NCBI GenBank assembly: GCA_964036045.1
Contig: OZ038378.1
Location: 58,218,001 to 58,282,000, forward strand
Source of the DNA: Eutreptiella sp. 'Long Island Sound 2002'
Lineage: Eukaryota > Protista > Euglenida
Direction of reading: 5' to 3'
Length of the DNA stretch: 64,000 bases
In this document: positions 34,721-48,317 of the stretch, one piece after another
Layout: each line of letters starts with the position of its first letter
Numbering within the stretch: position 1 is the stretch's first letter
The notes under the pieces: model-generated
Told to the model about the DNA's origin: nothing
Databases searched by the model: none
The model's input: the letters and a program-made list of their open reading frames with translations, nothing else
Position numbers and translations under genes: made by a program

Positions 34721-35663
34721 CCTGCGCAACGGTGCCCGTGCGTCAGTGTGCTAACTTGCCCTAACACACATGCCAATTCGACTTGTCCGACCCCGGCGCC
34801 TTTTCCTTATGGGGTACATGCCTGGGAGGGGCGACATCAACCCCCCCCCCCGCCATGCGGCCGCCAAGTAGACATAACTATCCAACCTCCCCCCGTGCAG
34901 TGTCTAGGGTATCCCGTGGAACGTGCAGCACAATGTGGACCCTTAAAGTCGCTTGCCAGAGGCCACCCGAGCAGCCGTGCTAGCGCTCTCATGGGACCTA
35001 CCGCATGTCTCCGCCTTTTTTTGACCGTCGTCACACGAAATGTTCCTACCAAACCTGCGACCCCATACCCAACACGGCCCGCAATGATAGTGGGCCTATT
35101 GGTGCCGCAGCGGGTGGTAACCCCGGACTATCCACGATCAAGTGGTATGCTGGTACACTTTTTGCCCCCGACTAGCCGCTGAAGGGGCACCTTGGGCGCC
35201 TAGCACACCGGGCGTACCACCCCAAACAGCCAAGTTACGAGATCCCCCAACATCCCTTTCCAACACCGCAGCCTAACAAAATGTACCTGATCTTGGTGTA
35301 TTTGCGCGGTCAATCGACGTGCTTGGACGAAAGCCCCGCGGTGGAGCAAGCCATGCTGCCCTAGGTTCCCATGCGGCCAACCCAACCGCCCCCTCAACAC
35401 GACCACTTCGCGGCGGCACAAAGCGTAAAAGCCGCGGCGCTTTGGCACGGGCCCCCTTTGATGACATTCGTGGAAAAGCCATAAGACTTCCACTGCCAAA
35501 CCCAATGGAACGGGGCGGGCACGGCGCGCCAGTTGAATCTCCACCGCCGTTTCCCGCCCCTGGCTTTTGTGCACCTAGATCATCGGGTCCGGGCGCACGA
35601 CGGACATTCGTTGCACCCCGGTACAGCAGAGGCGCAAAGGTGCCCTAAAAGCAGCCTATCTAG

Positions 35664-36647
35664 ATGTGCACACGGCTTGCCGGGCCTAACGGCCCGCTGC
35701 CAGCGCGCAGTGTAGTCCCTGCTACGAACACCGTCTTATCACCACTTTGTAAGGCCTACTTTGGGGGCGCCAAAGATACGATTTGTAGCGTGGTGCAGCT
35801 CAACGGCGTAGAGCACCCCATCGCACGTGTGCTGGATACCCTAAGGAGCCCGCAGGCGGACCGGAATACCATCCTTCATGTGCACTGGTTCGTTGCAAGT
35901 TGGACGCGTTAGCAACTTGCCACCGGCTTCGTGTGGGTGGAGGGAGAGGTGAGCCTGACTGAGGTGCTTTCTACATGTGAGGCACATGGCTACGTCGCGT
36001 TCCCAAACCCACTCTATGCACTGGCTGCATGTGCCATTGTAAGCATGACCCTACGTACTGGCGCCCCCGTGCATAGGCCATCTTCGGCGACAATCCATTG
36101 CATCCACCACTCGGCAGTGCGCCTCGTAACAGTGTATAGCCGCACCGTTGGCCTCCTTGGGCGCCGCCCGGAGGACGTCCTAAAGCAAGCCCCGGCATCG
36201 AGAGCCGCACCGTCCGTAGTTGCTGAGGATGCCGTCCAACGCATCATGGCCGAAACCAGCAGACAACCGGTGGCGGAGGCGACACCACGACACGAGGTGG
36301 CGACCCCACATGTAGCACAAGGCCTAACTCGTGGTTTTCTAGCATCCCTAGCGGCTACCAATTGCGCCTCGGCCCAACTCTGTGCTAGAAGCACACCTGA
36401 CCACGGGCCATTAGCGGGGACTTGTCGCGCCCTCACCGCCAACGGTCCAGCCCCGGGTGGCCTTGCCCACATGTGGATGTGCGGACGCCGAGCTGGCCCT
36501 TGCTGCGACGCTGGCGCCAACGCAAGCCTTAGGGGGGGGGATTGCAGTCCGCATTTGAGCGCAATGGTACCCCACTTTTCTAGTGTTACCTATATTCCAA
36601 AATTTCATATTGCCATGAGGAACTTTTTTTCCACTCCACTTAGCTAA
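35664..36647 (+). pseudogene. Unassigned GC-rich reading frame interrupted by one TAG (probable TE-derived gene remnant)
   Basis: ORFs 35664-35912 and 35931-36647 are in the same frame, separated by TAG. Weak chromodomain-like segment IARVLDT...LHVHW...FVW. Confidence 0.3.
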
Positions 36648-36649
36648 AG

Positions 36650-39050
36650 AAGCCAAGGTGCCTCAACACCCCCAAGCGCTGGTTTGCGCATCACCGGCAA
36701 AAACACGGACTGCCTTAGAACAGCCATCGCTCACAACGAATGCCACCGTGAGCTTGGCGTGGCACCATTTTGTGTTCTCTTGCCGTGCCCCATTGCATGC
36801 TTCCTCTCATAGGTCCCCATGGAGGCAGTTGCCCCACAAGGTACACCGTCCAAGATGTCGGTGCCGCATGACACAGAAACCGAAGAATTGAAGATGCCGC
36901 AAGACACAGAAGCCCGGGTTTGTGCGTAGCTCGCGAGAGCGCGGACCGCCATAGAATAGGCATCCCCCACCAAGGATGCCATTGTGAGACCCGAGTCCTA
37001 TGTCATGCGGCACTGGGACCTTCGGGGCTTCAGCTTGTGGGCCACCATGGGGACCTATGAGGGGAGGCATGGAATCGGGCACAGCAGGACAACACACAAT
37101 TGGGCGTCTCGGGTCTCACGATGGCATTCTTGGTGAGCGATGGTTGTATTACGGCAATCCGCGATTTTGCCGGCAATGCACAGAGGGCTTGTTTGTCTTG
37201 CAGCACCATTGGTTCTTCAAGTTGTGTGTCCTGCAGACACCTTTCAGGGGTTCGGCTTGTGGGGCAAATGCCTTCTTGGGGACCTATGAGAAGAGGCATG
37301 GAATGGGGCACGGCAAGAGAGCACAAAATGGGGCCACTCGGGTCGCTCGATGGAATTCTGCGTGAGTGATGGCCGTTCTACAACAGTCCACGCTCTCGCC
37401 AGCGACACACAAATCAGGGTTTTCTATGTCTTGCAACGCCGACACCTCTGGTTCTTTGGCCGCTGTGTCCTCCGGGACCCAAACCTTCGTGGGTCTAGCT
37501 TGTTGGGCGAGTGCCTCCGTGAGGACCTACGAGAGGAGGCATGGAATGGGGCACGGCAAGAGAACAAAAAATGGGGCCAGCGGGGTCTCATGATGCCATG
37601 GTTGGTGAGCGATGGCTGTTCTACGGCAATGTGCGCTCTTGCCGGCGATGCACAAACGTGGGCATTTGTGTAATGCGGCACCGATACCTCCACTTCCTGC
37701 GCTTCTGTGTCCGGCAGCACTGACACTTTCGGGGGCTCAACTTGTCGGGTGATTGCCTTCTCGGGGACCTTCGAGAGGAGGCATGGAATTCGGGAACGGC
37801 AAGAGAACACAGCATGCGGCCACGCGGGTCTCAAGATGGCATTCTTGTTCAGTGATGGCTGCTCTATGGATATTACATGCGAATGCGAACGAGACATGCA
37901 TACGACAATGCCTACATTCGCGCGAATTCAACTTTTTTTCTGCAAAACTCAGCACTGTTAACACCCACTTGCACTGCATTTTGTGCATTCCCAATATTTT
38001 CATTTTTGGGGAAATAAGCACCGCGAAGGGCACAAAGACACGGAAACACGGGCAAAACGGGCTGAAAGTAAGCGCCGAGCGTATGTTCATTCAAAATTGC
38101 GGTGCGCAAAGGGTACATGGAATGGGGCACGGCAAGAGAACACCGATTGGGGCCACTCGGTTCTCACAATGGCATCCTTGGTGAGCGATGGTTGTTCTGC
38201 GGCAGTCCACGATCTCGCCGGCAATGCACAAACTAGGGCTTCTGTATCTTGCGGCAACAACACCTTGGGTTCTTTGGCTTCTATGTTTTGCGGCACCAAG
38301 ATGTTCGGTGGTTCAGCTTGTGGGGCGGCCGCCTCCTTGGGGACACGTGAGAGGAAGCACGGAATGTGACATGGCACGAGAACACAAAATGGGGTCACTC
38401 GGGTCTCACGATGGCATCCTTGGTGGGTGATGCCTGTTTTACGGCAGCCCGTGCTGTCGCTGGCAATGCACAGACTTGGGCTTCTGTGTCTTGCAGCACT
38501 TTCGGTTCTCCCGCTTCTGTGTCTTGCGGCACCAACACTTTTGGGAGTTCAACTTTTGGGGCGACTGCCTCCTTTGGCACCTCCCAGAGGAGGCATGGAA
38601 TGGGACACGGCAAGAGGACACAATCTGGGGCCTCTTGGGTCTCATGATGGCATTCTTGGTGAGCGATGGATGTTTTCTGCGGCAGTCTGCGCGCTCACCA
38701 TCAATGCACAAACCTGAGCTTCTTTGTCTTGCGGCAGCTTCGGTTCTTTGGCTTCTGTGTCTGGCGGCACCAAGCTTCGGTGGTTCACCTTGTGGGGCGA
38801 TTACCCTGATAGGGACCTATGAGAAGGGGCATAGAATGGGGCACGGCAAGAGAACTCAAAATCGAGCGATTCCGGTCTCACGACGGCAGCCTTAGTGAGC
38901 GATGGTTGTTCTATGGCAGTCTGCATTCTCAACGGGGAAGAAACACACAGGCACATATGTGGGCTTTTGTGTGCTACGGCAACAAAATCTTCGGTTCTTC
39001 GGCTTCCGTGTCTTGCGACAGCTTCGGCTCTCCGGTTACTGTGTCCGGGG
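36650..39050. repeat. ~240-bp tandem satellite with an internal inversion
   Basis: gcatggaat marker at 37067, 37296, 37539, 37781, 38115, 38357, 38593 and 38829 on +. 36650-36995 is the reverse complement of the monomer. Confidence 0.88.
37870..38114. mobile_element. MITE-like insertion in the 240-bp satellite, related to 10210-10520
   Basis: Shares gcgaatgcgaa, gggcacaaagaca..cacgggcaaaacgg and a terminal gggta; breaks the 240-bp period. Confidence 0.55.
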
Positions 39051-39099
39051 GTTTAGCTTAGGTAGTCAGGTTCCATCTGGCAAGGGTTTTAATACATTT

Positions 39100-39960
39100 T
39101 TCAGCCAATTTTCACATTCCGAGGGTTGGAACACACAGTCACAACGTGCCACCTCCACAAGTGGAACACCCAAGCAAGGTCTTGTTCCGCCTGCCAAGAA
39201 AGCCCATGCCTTAGGTTTGCGGAAGCGCTAATATTATACGATTTCTATCATATTGTTTGTTATGATGAAGTTTGGCCTCATATTACTCCGGCTTTTGCAT
39301 CTGCAATGGTTTTTCCATATTATTATTATCTAGTGCAACCACGTCCTATATGACCTCTTCATGTGGTAGGCATTTCCTTGTGATTGACGGGCATATACAC
39401 TCCGATGCCTCAGCTATCACTGTTGTTGTGTTCGTTTTACTTGTTTGCTCTCACAAGCACGGCTTTCGTAGACAATACTACCAATTTCGAAGGAGTTGGG
39501 CGAAATTTTTGCTAGCTTGGCTTGTTTTGGAAAATAAGCGTATGTATGTTAATGTTGTTAACGAGCTGGGCAAAATTTCGGCGAGCTCCATAAAAGTAGG
39601 AAGTACGGGTATATGCTTTCGGTGTGCTTTTTTAATGTTTTCATGCAGCTTGTTTGTCTTTTTAGTTAATGGTGGCATTGAGGTGTGTTATCTGGTGACC
39701 CAAGAATCAAGGGTTGACGAGAATGCCCCCCCCGCCCCTTGTGAAATCTTGTGGTCTGTGAAAAACAAAGCATCATTTTTTGGTTATTTGGCATGTACAT
39801 TTGTAGAATTTATGTGTAGTCGGAGAACCCAATTATTACATATATTTCAGATACACTGCTTCATGTTGCATATTGCCAGTGAGGGGGGAGGGGTACCCCC
39901 AAAGTTATGGCAGCATCCCAGCGGTATTCTTATACTTGAAACATCGACTGCCGCGGGCCA
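39100..39960 (-). pseudogene. Possible highly decayed LINE reverse-transcriptase C-terminal region
   Basis: Minus frame with several stops: LHINSTNVHAK...KLHENIKK...ELAEILPSSLTTLTY...RIILALPQT*GMG, resembling the IN..KS / LP..GGLG layout. Weak. Confidence 0.3.
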
Positions 39961-41739
39961 TAGCACTAGTTGGGGGATGGGCTGTTTTTGACACCTAAGT
40001 ATCTCGCCCCGAGCGGGGTGGCGGGAGGTCGTGACTGTCGCAAGCCCACCGTCCCCTCCCTAGGGAGGACCATGGTGTGGCATGCGATGCAAGGCATGGC
40101 GCCCGGCACCAGCGCCACGGTGTGCCCTCAAAGCGCGCCACTACGTTGTGACGAGTACGCCAAAGATGGTGGCCGCATTGTGGCATCAAGTTGGGATGCC
40201 CCATGTGCCGTTGTAGCAGGCCTTGTTGTGCCTGGTGGCTGCTGCGGAGGGGCTGTCCCTCCTCATGTCGGTGTCCCTGCAGAGATAGGGACTGTATGCC
40301 CACCATGCATGGGAGGTCAAGGCCCAGCAATGGCTGCTCTCCGAGGCCCTGTGGTCGGCCCACGTGGTAGGGCAACCAGCCATTGGCAATTGTGGTGCTC
40401 CTCCTTTGTGGAGGGCAGCGGGGATGCAGCTGGGCCGTGGTCGCCACGGAGCCGCACTCCTTTGCGCTTTGTCTGCCTGACCGCACGTTGGAAACGGGAT
40501 TTGCCCTCTAGCCGGTGGATTTGGACGCCGTTCACCTGGGCATCCTGAGCACCAAGGGCAACACCGCTCCGTCCCGGAGGGGTCGGATGGTGGACTTTGT
40601 GGCGGCCTCTTTTTGTCGGGCCTATGGCGGCAACCACGCCGCAATTTATCACGACAAAGATGGTGGTGCCTTGCTGAGGGTGTTGGCCGGCTCCCGGTGG
40701 ACCATCACTGGTGACCGGGAGAAGTGTACCGTGGCCTAGCTCCGTTGGGTGGAGGCACACTTCACCGCGTCGGACACGCTGCACTTTTCCACCCCCGAGG
40801 GCTCCCACTACATTGCCCACTTACCCCGGTTGTCATGGACGCGCCCCCGCCTGTTGCGCGCCCAAAGGCGGCCCTCGGAAAGAGCCCAAGCTTGCAGAGT
40901 TGTGGTTCGCTTCGTACTTGCAGATCCAACCCATGATGGCCCATGTCTGTGGATTTCTTACCAAAGAGCAGAATTCTTTGAGGTAAACATGTGCCCCTCG
41001 TCAAGGTTAAATAGGTAGGGTAGGTGCCTATGGCAGGTTGGCCGTCTCCTTGACCCCGCCCACCTCAACCCTTGCGACCTCCTTCGCCACTTGGCTGAGG
41101 ATTCGTGGACCGATCCGTCCTAGAAGGTGCAAGCACACGGAATGCTCCAGGGAGTCGTGCCTCAGCAGCGGGCAGAGCTCTTTGTGGCTGTGAGGACGAG
41201 ACTAGCGGTGTTGGCGTGGCCCTCAAGGGTGCACAACCAGGGATAGGCGGCAGCCTTTTCGTCCTTTTCCTCTGCGGTTTTGGGTAGTGCATCAAGCTCT
41301 CGCGCACCAGCGTCTAGAGGGAAAGGAGGCCGCCCCTCGCAGAGGAGTGCGGCCTCAAGAGTGTCCCCACCGGGGTGCGACACGCAGCGGGTCCAGGCCT
41401 TGTGGATTCTATAGGCCCGTCTCTTCGAAGAGACCAATAATGGCCCCCTCGGCCTGCAAATGCCTGCAGCCACGGCCACGCTGTTGACTACCCTTGGCAC
41501 TGTAGGGGTGTCCGCACCCCGCATGGACCCCTAGGTGTTCTAAGACTCGGCGGTGTGGACGTCATGGGCGGCGCTCCTTCCTGGTGCGCCACCGGGGTCA
41601 CCGTCATCTGCTTCATGAGGCCTAACGCATGTGGGGAACTGCTGTCGGAACCTTGGAATTCATGCCTTCTAAGCGGCTGACCCGAAGGCGGCACCCGCGG
41701 CTACGGTTCAGGCCGGTATCCGAATTGCCCTCCAACAGG

Positions 41740-42580
41740 ACATGTTTTTGCAGAAGGATTTCCACTACCCTATGCCTAAACGCAATGTGGCACGGGGCAA
41801 AAGGAGTTCCAATGCCTATTGCCCTAAGGGGCAATGTACAACAAAACCTCCTCTGCCCACTGTCCTAAGGCAATGTGAAGTAGAAGTGGCACTGCTTAGT
41901 GGCAAAGAATCGCCACAACCCACTGCCCATTGCCCACTGCAGTGTGGCAGTGCAGAAAAGGAGCCTGGCTGCCAATTTCACACTGCAGTGTGGCTTTGGA
42001 CGAAGGGCCCCCACCAAACCACTGCCCATAACACTCCGCTTCGTTGTCCCTAGGTAGTGTACAGATGTGTACCAAAGGAGTGCCAATGCCCTCTTCCCCA
42101 AGTGAATGCATCAGTGAAAACAAGGGGTTCCGCCACCCACTGCCCCAACGTAGTGAGGTGGGGCACAATAGGATTTCCACCGCCCACTGCCCCAAAGAAA
42201 GCTAGGCATTGTCTCGAAGGAGTGTCGTTGCCCACTGCCCCAAAGTAGTGAGGCAGTGTGCAGAAGAAGTGCCTCGGCAGCGAAGCAGCTCACAAAAGGA
42301 GTTCCGCTTTCCTGTGCCCCGAGGAAGTGAGGCACTGAACGGAAAGGCTTCCGGTGCTGAATGCCCTAAGGCAGTAAGGCAGCAGGAGAAGGATTTCCAC
42401 TGCCCAATGCCCCAACTCCGAACAGTGTGCGGGTGCAATGAGGGAGACCCACTACGCAATACTCCCGAAAAGACCAACAACACCTTGATGGAGCGCCGAT
42501 GCCCATTACTCCCCATTGTTGTGGTAGTGTGCCGAGGGACTCTCACCACCCCCTGCCCAAGGCAGTTGGGCCGTGCGCTT
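41740..42580 (-). repeat. ~47-bp tandem repeat, inverted arm
   Basis: Reverse complement of the GGGCAGTGGGCA(A/G)TGGAACTCCTT..TTCACTGCCTCACTGCCTT monomer (ggagttcc, cactgccca motifs). Confidence 0.8.
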
Positions 42581-43899
42581 AAGGAGACTCACCGCCTAGG
42601 GTCAGGTTTTGGGGGTTGGGGGGTGTGGCGAGGGGGGTTCGGAGGGTTGGGCAGAAGCAGAGGGAGCCCGAGAGGAGGCGGAGGCGTCGGCCAGGTTGTC
42701 CGGAGGGGGCATAGCGCGGCGAGAGGCGAGGGCGATTTCGGTCGAGAGGGTGAAAGTCTGGGGGACCATCGTCCTGGCGGTGGTTGAGCTCGGTGTACCA
42801 CCTTTTAGCGGAGAGCGGGCAAGAGGAGGGCATGCTCACGTGCGGGGTGGTGGAGTCGTGATGCACTAGATGGGGGGGCAGGCCAAGCGGGAGCCGGTCT
42901 ACTGGGCAGCCCACGGGGAGAAGATGGGTGACCTTGGGCTTGCTGGGCTCCTTGAAGGCAAGGATATCGGGGACACGGCGGAAGTGCATTTCCCGGAGGT
43001 TAGGGATAAAGGGGGTGATGTGGACCAATGTGGTGGCGGCCAGGGCGTTTTGCGCTGTGGAGGTCGCCCAGGCTCCCCAGATGATGAGGGCGTTCATGCA
43101 CGTGGAGTAGGGAGCTACGAAGCATTGTGGTGGGTTGAGACGACGGAGAGCTCCTACTTGGTGAGCTGTTGGGTGAAGGCAACCCCCTAAAATAGCGAGC
43201 TAAAACTGACACACCAGACCAATCCACTGTGCACCACTTCACACCAACATCACCCCACACCCCAAAGCACCAAAGCCTGCAACACCACAAGATACCCCAC
43301 CCCAACACACCATACCCTACGTCACCACACCGGAGGTCACCACACCACCGTCGTAAGGAAAATGTGCACACATGGCGGTCTAAAACAGTTCTGAAAGTGA
43401 TTCATTCTGACTTCCAAATTCTGAAAACGCCAATCTTGTTTCAGATTTCTAATGAGAACAAAACCACCCATTCTACAGCGTATGGGAACCGCTAGCAGAA
43501 GCAGCTCACAGCTGTGAACGCCTGGCCACTCCTCTCCATTCCCCGGGACACACAACAGCCCCCACAACTGCTTGTGTCCGCGCGCCACCTGCCCGCCAAC
43601 GTGAACGTGCTCTCCATCCCCCTTGTCAGCTGGTTTGGGTGTGGTGCTGAAGGTGCTATTACTAGAAAGGCAATGGTCAAGATGGTCTTGCACACAGGAA
43701 AATGCAAGCCGGGAGGGTTGTGTGCCTAGGTGTGTGCTGTGTGTGGTGTGTTGCGCACCTGTGGCACAAGGCCGTCACCCTCTCTGGTGCCGGGCGGCTA
43801 GAGTCTTGGGCCGCGCTAGGGACGCCGTGCCGCTCTTACTAAGGATCCTACCGTAGTTCTCGATGGGCCGTGCCCTTATTGCATCCGGGCCCTAGTGGG

Positions 43900-46800
43900 G
43901 CATTGACGAGGCTTGCAGTTGGGAAGCTGAGATCCTTGGGGAAGAGGGTAGTGGTGATCCTACAATACACAACCACACTGCAGTGAGCAATGCGCTGGAA
44001 CTCCTTTTGCCCTGTGCCACACTGCCTTGCGAGAATGGGCAAGGGGACTTCTCCTGTACACCACCTCACTACCATGGGGCATAGGGTAGTGGAACTCCTT
44101 CTGTACACTACCTTAGTGCCTTGGAGCAGTGGGTAGTGAAACTCCTTGAGTTCACTGCCTCACTGCCTTGGGGCAGAGGGCAATGGAACTCCTTTTGTAC
44201 ACTGCCTAATTCCCTTGGCGCAATGGGTGGTGGCACTCCTTTTGTTCACTGCCCCGTTGCCTTGGGGGAGAGGACACTGAACTCGTCTTGTTCAATGCCC
44301 CACTGCCTTGGTTGAGGCAATGGGCAATGGCACTCCTTCTACTCATTGCTTGTCTTGGGTCTATGGGCAGTGGCACTACTTCCGTTCAACGCCTCATTGC
44401 CTTGGGCCAATGGGCAATGGCGGTCCTTCCACTCACTGCGTCACTGTCTTGCGGTAGTGGGCCATGCAACGCCTTTTGTTCACCGCCTTGCTGCTTCCAG
44501 GCAATGGGCAATGTAACTAATAATTATGCACACAGCCTCATTGTCTTGGGGCAATGGGTAGTGGAACTTCTTCTATTCCGAGCCTCATTGCCTAGGGGGT
44601 GTGGGCAGTGGAACTCCTTGTGTTCGTTGCCTCACCACATTGGGGAAGCAGCCAATGGAACTCCTCCTCTTCACCGCCTCACCGGCATGGGGCAGTGGGC
44701 ACAGGAACTCTTTATGTACACTACCACGTTGCGTTGAGGCAGTGGGCAGCGGAACTCCCTCTGTACAGTGCCTCCCCCCCCTTGGGGCAGTGGGCAGCGA
44801 AACCCATTTTGTGAACGGCCTCAGTGGCTTAGAGCGATGGGGAGGGGAACTTCATTTGTGCACTGCCCCGATGCCTTGCGTCACTGGGTAGCAAAACTCC
44901 TTTCATTCACCGCCTCACTGCCCTGGGGCAGTGGGCAATGGAGCGCCTTCTTTTCACTGCCTTAGTGCCTGGGCACAGTAGGCAGTGGCACTCGTTCTGT
45001 TCAGTACCACACTGCCTTGGGTCGCTGGGCAGTGAAACTCCCTCGGATTAGTGCCTTTGTGCCTTGGGACAATGGGCTACACAACACCTTCACCTTCAGC
45101 TTCGGAATAGTGGAAAGTGGAACGCCTTGAGTTCATTGCACTGCCTTGAGTAGTGAGCAGCGGAAGTCCTTTTTTTCCAATCCGCGCTGCTTTGGAGCAA
45201 AGGGCAGTGGAGCTGCTTCTGCACAGTGCATCGCTGCGCCAGAGCAGTGGGCCGCGGAACTCCTCCTCTGTGCTACCTCACTGCCTTGGGGCGTTGCGCC
45301 GCTCAACTCCTTTTGTTCACCCTGTCACTACCTTGAGCAGTGAAACTCCTTCACTTCATTTTGTCAGTGCCTTGAGGCAGTGGGCAGTGGAGCTCCGTCT
45401 TTTCACTACCGCACGGGCCTAGGGCACTGGGCAGTGGTGCTCCTTCTATTCACTGACATAGTGCCCTAGGGCAGTGGGCAACTGAACACCTTCTCTACAT
45501 CGCCTCACTTGCAGTGGACATTGGAATTGCTTCAGTACACCGCCTCATTGCGTTGGGGCAGCGGGCTGTGGCACTCGTTGATAACATTGCCCATCTGCCT
45601 TGGGAAAGTCATTAGTGGAACTCCTAGTGTACACCGCCTCGCTGCCATGGGGCAGTGGGCAACGGAACCGCAACAAATCATTGCGTGGGTGTGTTCGGGT
45701 AGTGTGGAGTAGAATTCCTTCCATTCACCGCAACACTACCTTGGGGTAGTGGGCAGTGGAACTCCTTTTGCCTAGTGCATCACTACGCCTCAGCTGTGGG
45801 TCGGGGAACTCCTCTTGCTTGCTGCCTCCGTGCCGACGGGCATTGGGATGTTGAGCCCCTTCTCTTCACTGCCTCACTGCCTTGGGGCATTGGGCTTTTG
45901 AACTCCTTCTGTTCACTGCCTCACTACCTTGAGCAGTGGAACTCTTTCTATTCATTTTGTCTGTGCCTTGACGCAGTGAGCAGCGGAACTTCTTCTGCAC
46001 ATTGCCTCACTTCCCTTGGGCTGTGGGCAATGGGATTCCTTGTGTACAATGCCTCACTGCGCTGGGGTAGCGGGCAGTGGCACTCCTTGATAACGCTGCC
46101 CCTCCGCCTTGGGACAGTCGGTAGTACAAATCTTGCAGTTTGCTACCTGACTGCGTGTACGTAGTGGGGACTACAACTCCTTTCGTAAAACGCCTCGCTG
46201 CCATGGCGAAGTGGGCAATGGAAGTTTTTGTAGATATGGCCCCACTATGTTGGGGTAGTAGGCAAGGGTGGTGCTCTGTACACTGCGCCACTGCCTTCGA
46301 GCAGTAAACAATGGAACTCCTTGTGTTCACTACTTTGTTGACTCCCATGGGGAGGGGGCAACAAAACTCCTACAAATTGATGCCTCATTGCCTTGGGGCC
46401 GGGGGTAGTGTAACTCCTTGTGCTCACTACCTCGTTGCCCTAAAGGAGTGGGTAGTGGTACTGCTTCTACACACTAACCCAATGACTTGGGGCCGTGGGC
46501 AGTAGAACTCTGATAGTTCACTTCCTTGTTGCACTTCGGGAGTGGGCAATGGAACTCCTTTTGTTCACTGCTTGATTCGCTTGAGCAATAAAACTCATTC
46601 TATTCATTGTCACACTGCCTTGCGAGAGTGGGCAGTGTCACTCCTTCTATTCAGTGCCTCGGGGCCCTACGGCAGTGCGCAGCGGAACTCCTTTGTACTT
46701 TAGGGTGTGGGCAGTAGAACTGTTTGTATACGCTGCCTCACTACGCTAGGGCAGTGGGCAATAGCATTCCTTCTTTACCTATCCCCGTGCCTTAGGACAA

Positions 46801-47170
46801 TTGATAGTGGAACTCCCTCTATTATGTGCCCGACTGCCATGGGGCACTGGGCAACGGGAACCCCTGCAATTCACTATGTTACTGTGTTTTGGCATTGGGC
46901 AATGGAACTACTTCCGCACAACGCCTCCCTCTCTTGGGGTAGTGGGCAGTGGTGCTCCTTGTGTAAATTGCCTCGCTGCGTTGAGGGAGTGGGCAAGGAC
47001 ACTGCTTCTATACATTGCCCCATCGATTTGCGGCAATGGGAGGTGGAACTGCTTCCATACAATGCCGCACTGGCTTGGGACAATGGGCAGTGGAATTACA
47101 TTGCACTGTGCCCCACCCTCACTACTCCACTACTTTGCAGCAGGGAACTAGAAATCCTTTTGCACGCTTC
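43900..47170 (+). repeat. ~47-bp tandem satellite, ~65-70 degenerate copies
   Basis: actc(c/g)t marker at 44188, 44235, 44281 and 44332; persistent gggcagtggaactcc motif. Confidence 0.9.
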
Positions 47171-47807
47171 TTCACTGCTTCGAAGCACCACACCTTTGGG
47201 GGGGGACTTCGTGACTTCGTGCAATATATGGTCGGGGACAAGTATATTTGTATGTTCAGTTGGGGACATTTATGTTTGTAAAATTAGGTTGGGGGCAGGT
47301 AGATTTTGGAGCCAAATGCACCAGTGGGGAGACGCTGCAAGGGCACCCTGTTTGAGGGATGAGAAACTCGAGGAAAAAAAAAGGTGTTTCAGAAGGTTTT
47401 TGGACCGTTGAGATGCAGTAATGGGACCCAACAAGCGGTACTGGCCGCAAAAATTAGAGTATGACACTGCTGCTGTTACAATCCTGACCAAAGTGCCACC
47501 CGAGCACCACAGGAGAAGCGGGGATGCACAATGCAAAAACCAAAGTACCAAAAATAAACAGGTTGCAATGAAAACTAGTCCTTATTTGTGTCAAAAACTC
47601 CACCTGGTGTGTGTGTGGGGGGGGGGGGGACGAACGTACAATGGCCTTCTGTTTTTATCTTTGTTGGGGATTGGTATGTTTTCAATTTTGCTGGCAGATA
47701 AAATTTCGTTGCGGTAAGATATGGAGACTTGTTCAGTGGAGACTTACTTGTCTAGCTGTCTCCTCCAAATGTGAGGGCTTCGGTGATGCCCACATTGTGT
47801 GCCTCAG

Positions 47808-48053
47808 GTCAAGCAGCTGCAGCGCGCAAAGGGGGCTGCAGCCTCAGGGGAGGATGGATCGGTCATCGACGATGACATGAGCGACAACCGGTCTGCATAC
47901 ACGTCGTACACAGGGTATACAGCCGTTACTGGCACGACCCGCAAGGACCACAACGATGTCCATCAGCACAAATTGGAACAAAAGCACGCCAACCGTGCCA
48001 AGGAGGTTGCGGATCTGCAGATCATATTAGCCAACAAGGAGAAGGAACTTAAG
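47808..48053 (+). CDS. CCDC13: CCDC13-like protein, exon C (82 codons)
   Basis: Acceptor cctcAG| and donor AAG|GTaacc; 246 nt, phase 0/0. Encodes VKQLQRAKGAAASGEDG...KEVADLQIILANKEKELK and continues exon B in frame (KAK|VKQL). Confidence 0.85.
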
Positions 48054-48317
48054 GTAACCCTTTCTGCTTCCATATCCCCATCCCTATCTCCATCCCTTTG
48101 CCCTGACCCTTCCCCTTCGTCCCTTTTTCCTGCCGTTCCCTTTCCATTCCCCCTTTCAGTTCCCCTTGCCCTTGCTTTGGCCCTTCCAGCTGGCCGCTCC
48201 TTTGCTCTCTGTATTTGACTTCCCTGTGCTGCCCTTCCTTACCCCACCATCCCCTGCCATGTCCTTGGCGTACCATGCCTTACCATGTCATGCTGTGCCT
48301 TGCCCTGCCCTTGTCAG

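Noticed and set aside
39272-39991. 239-aa hydrophobic + strand ORF as a membrane protein
   Set aside because: No recognisable motifs; better explained as the antisense shadow of decayed A-rich minus-strand coding sequence.
42579-43097. Tyrosine recombinase (IWGAWAT resembles the G-R-W box)
   Set aside because: No HxxR motif or catalytic Tyr at the expected spacing.
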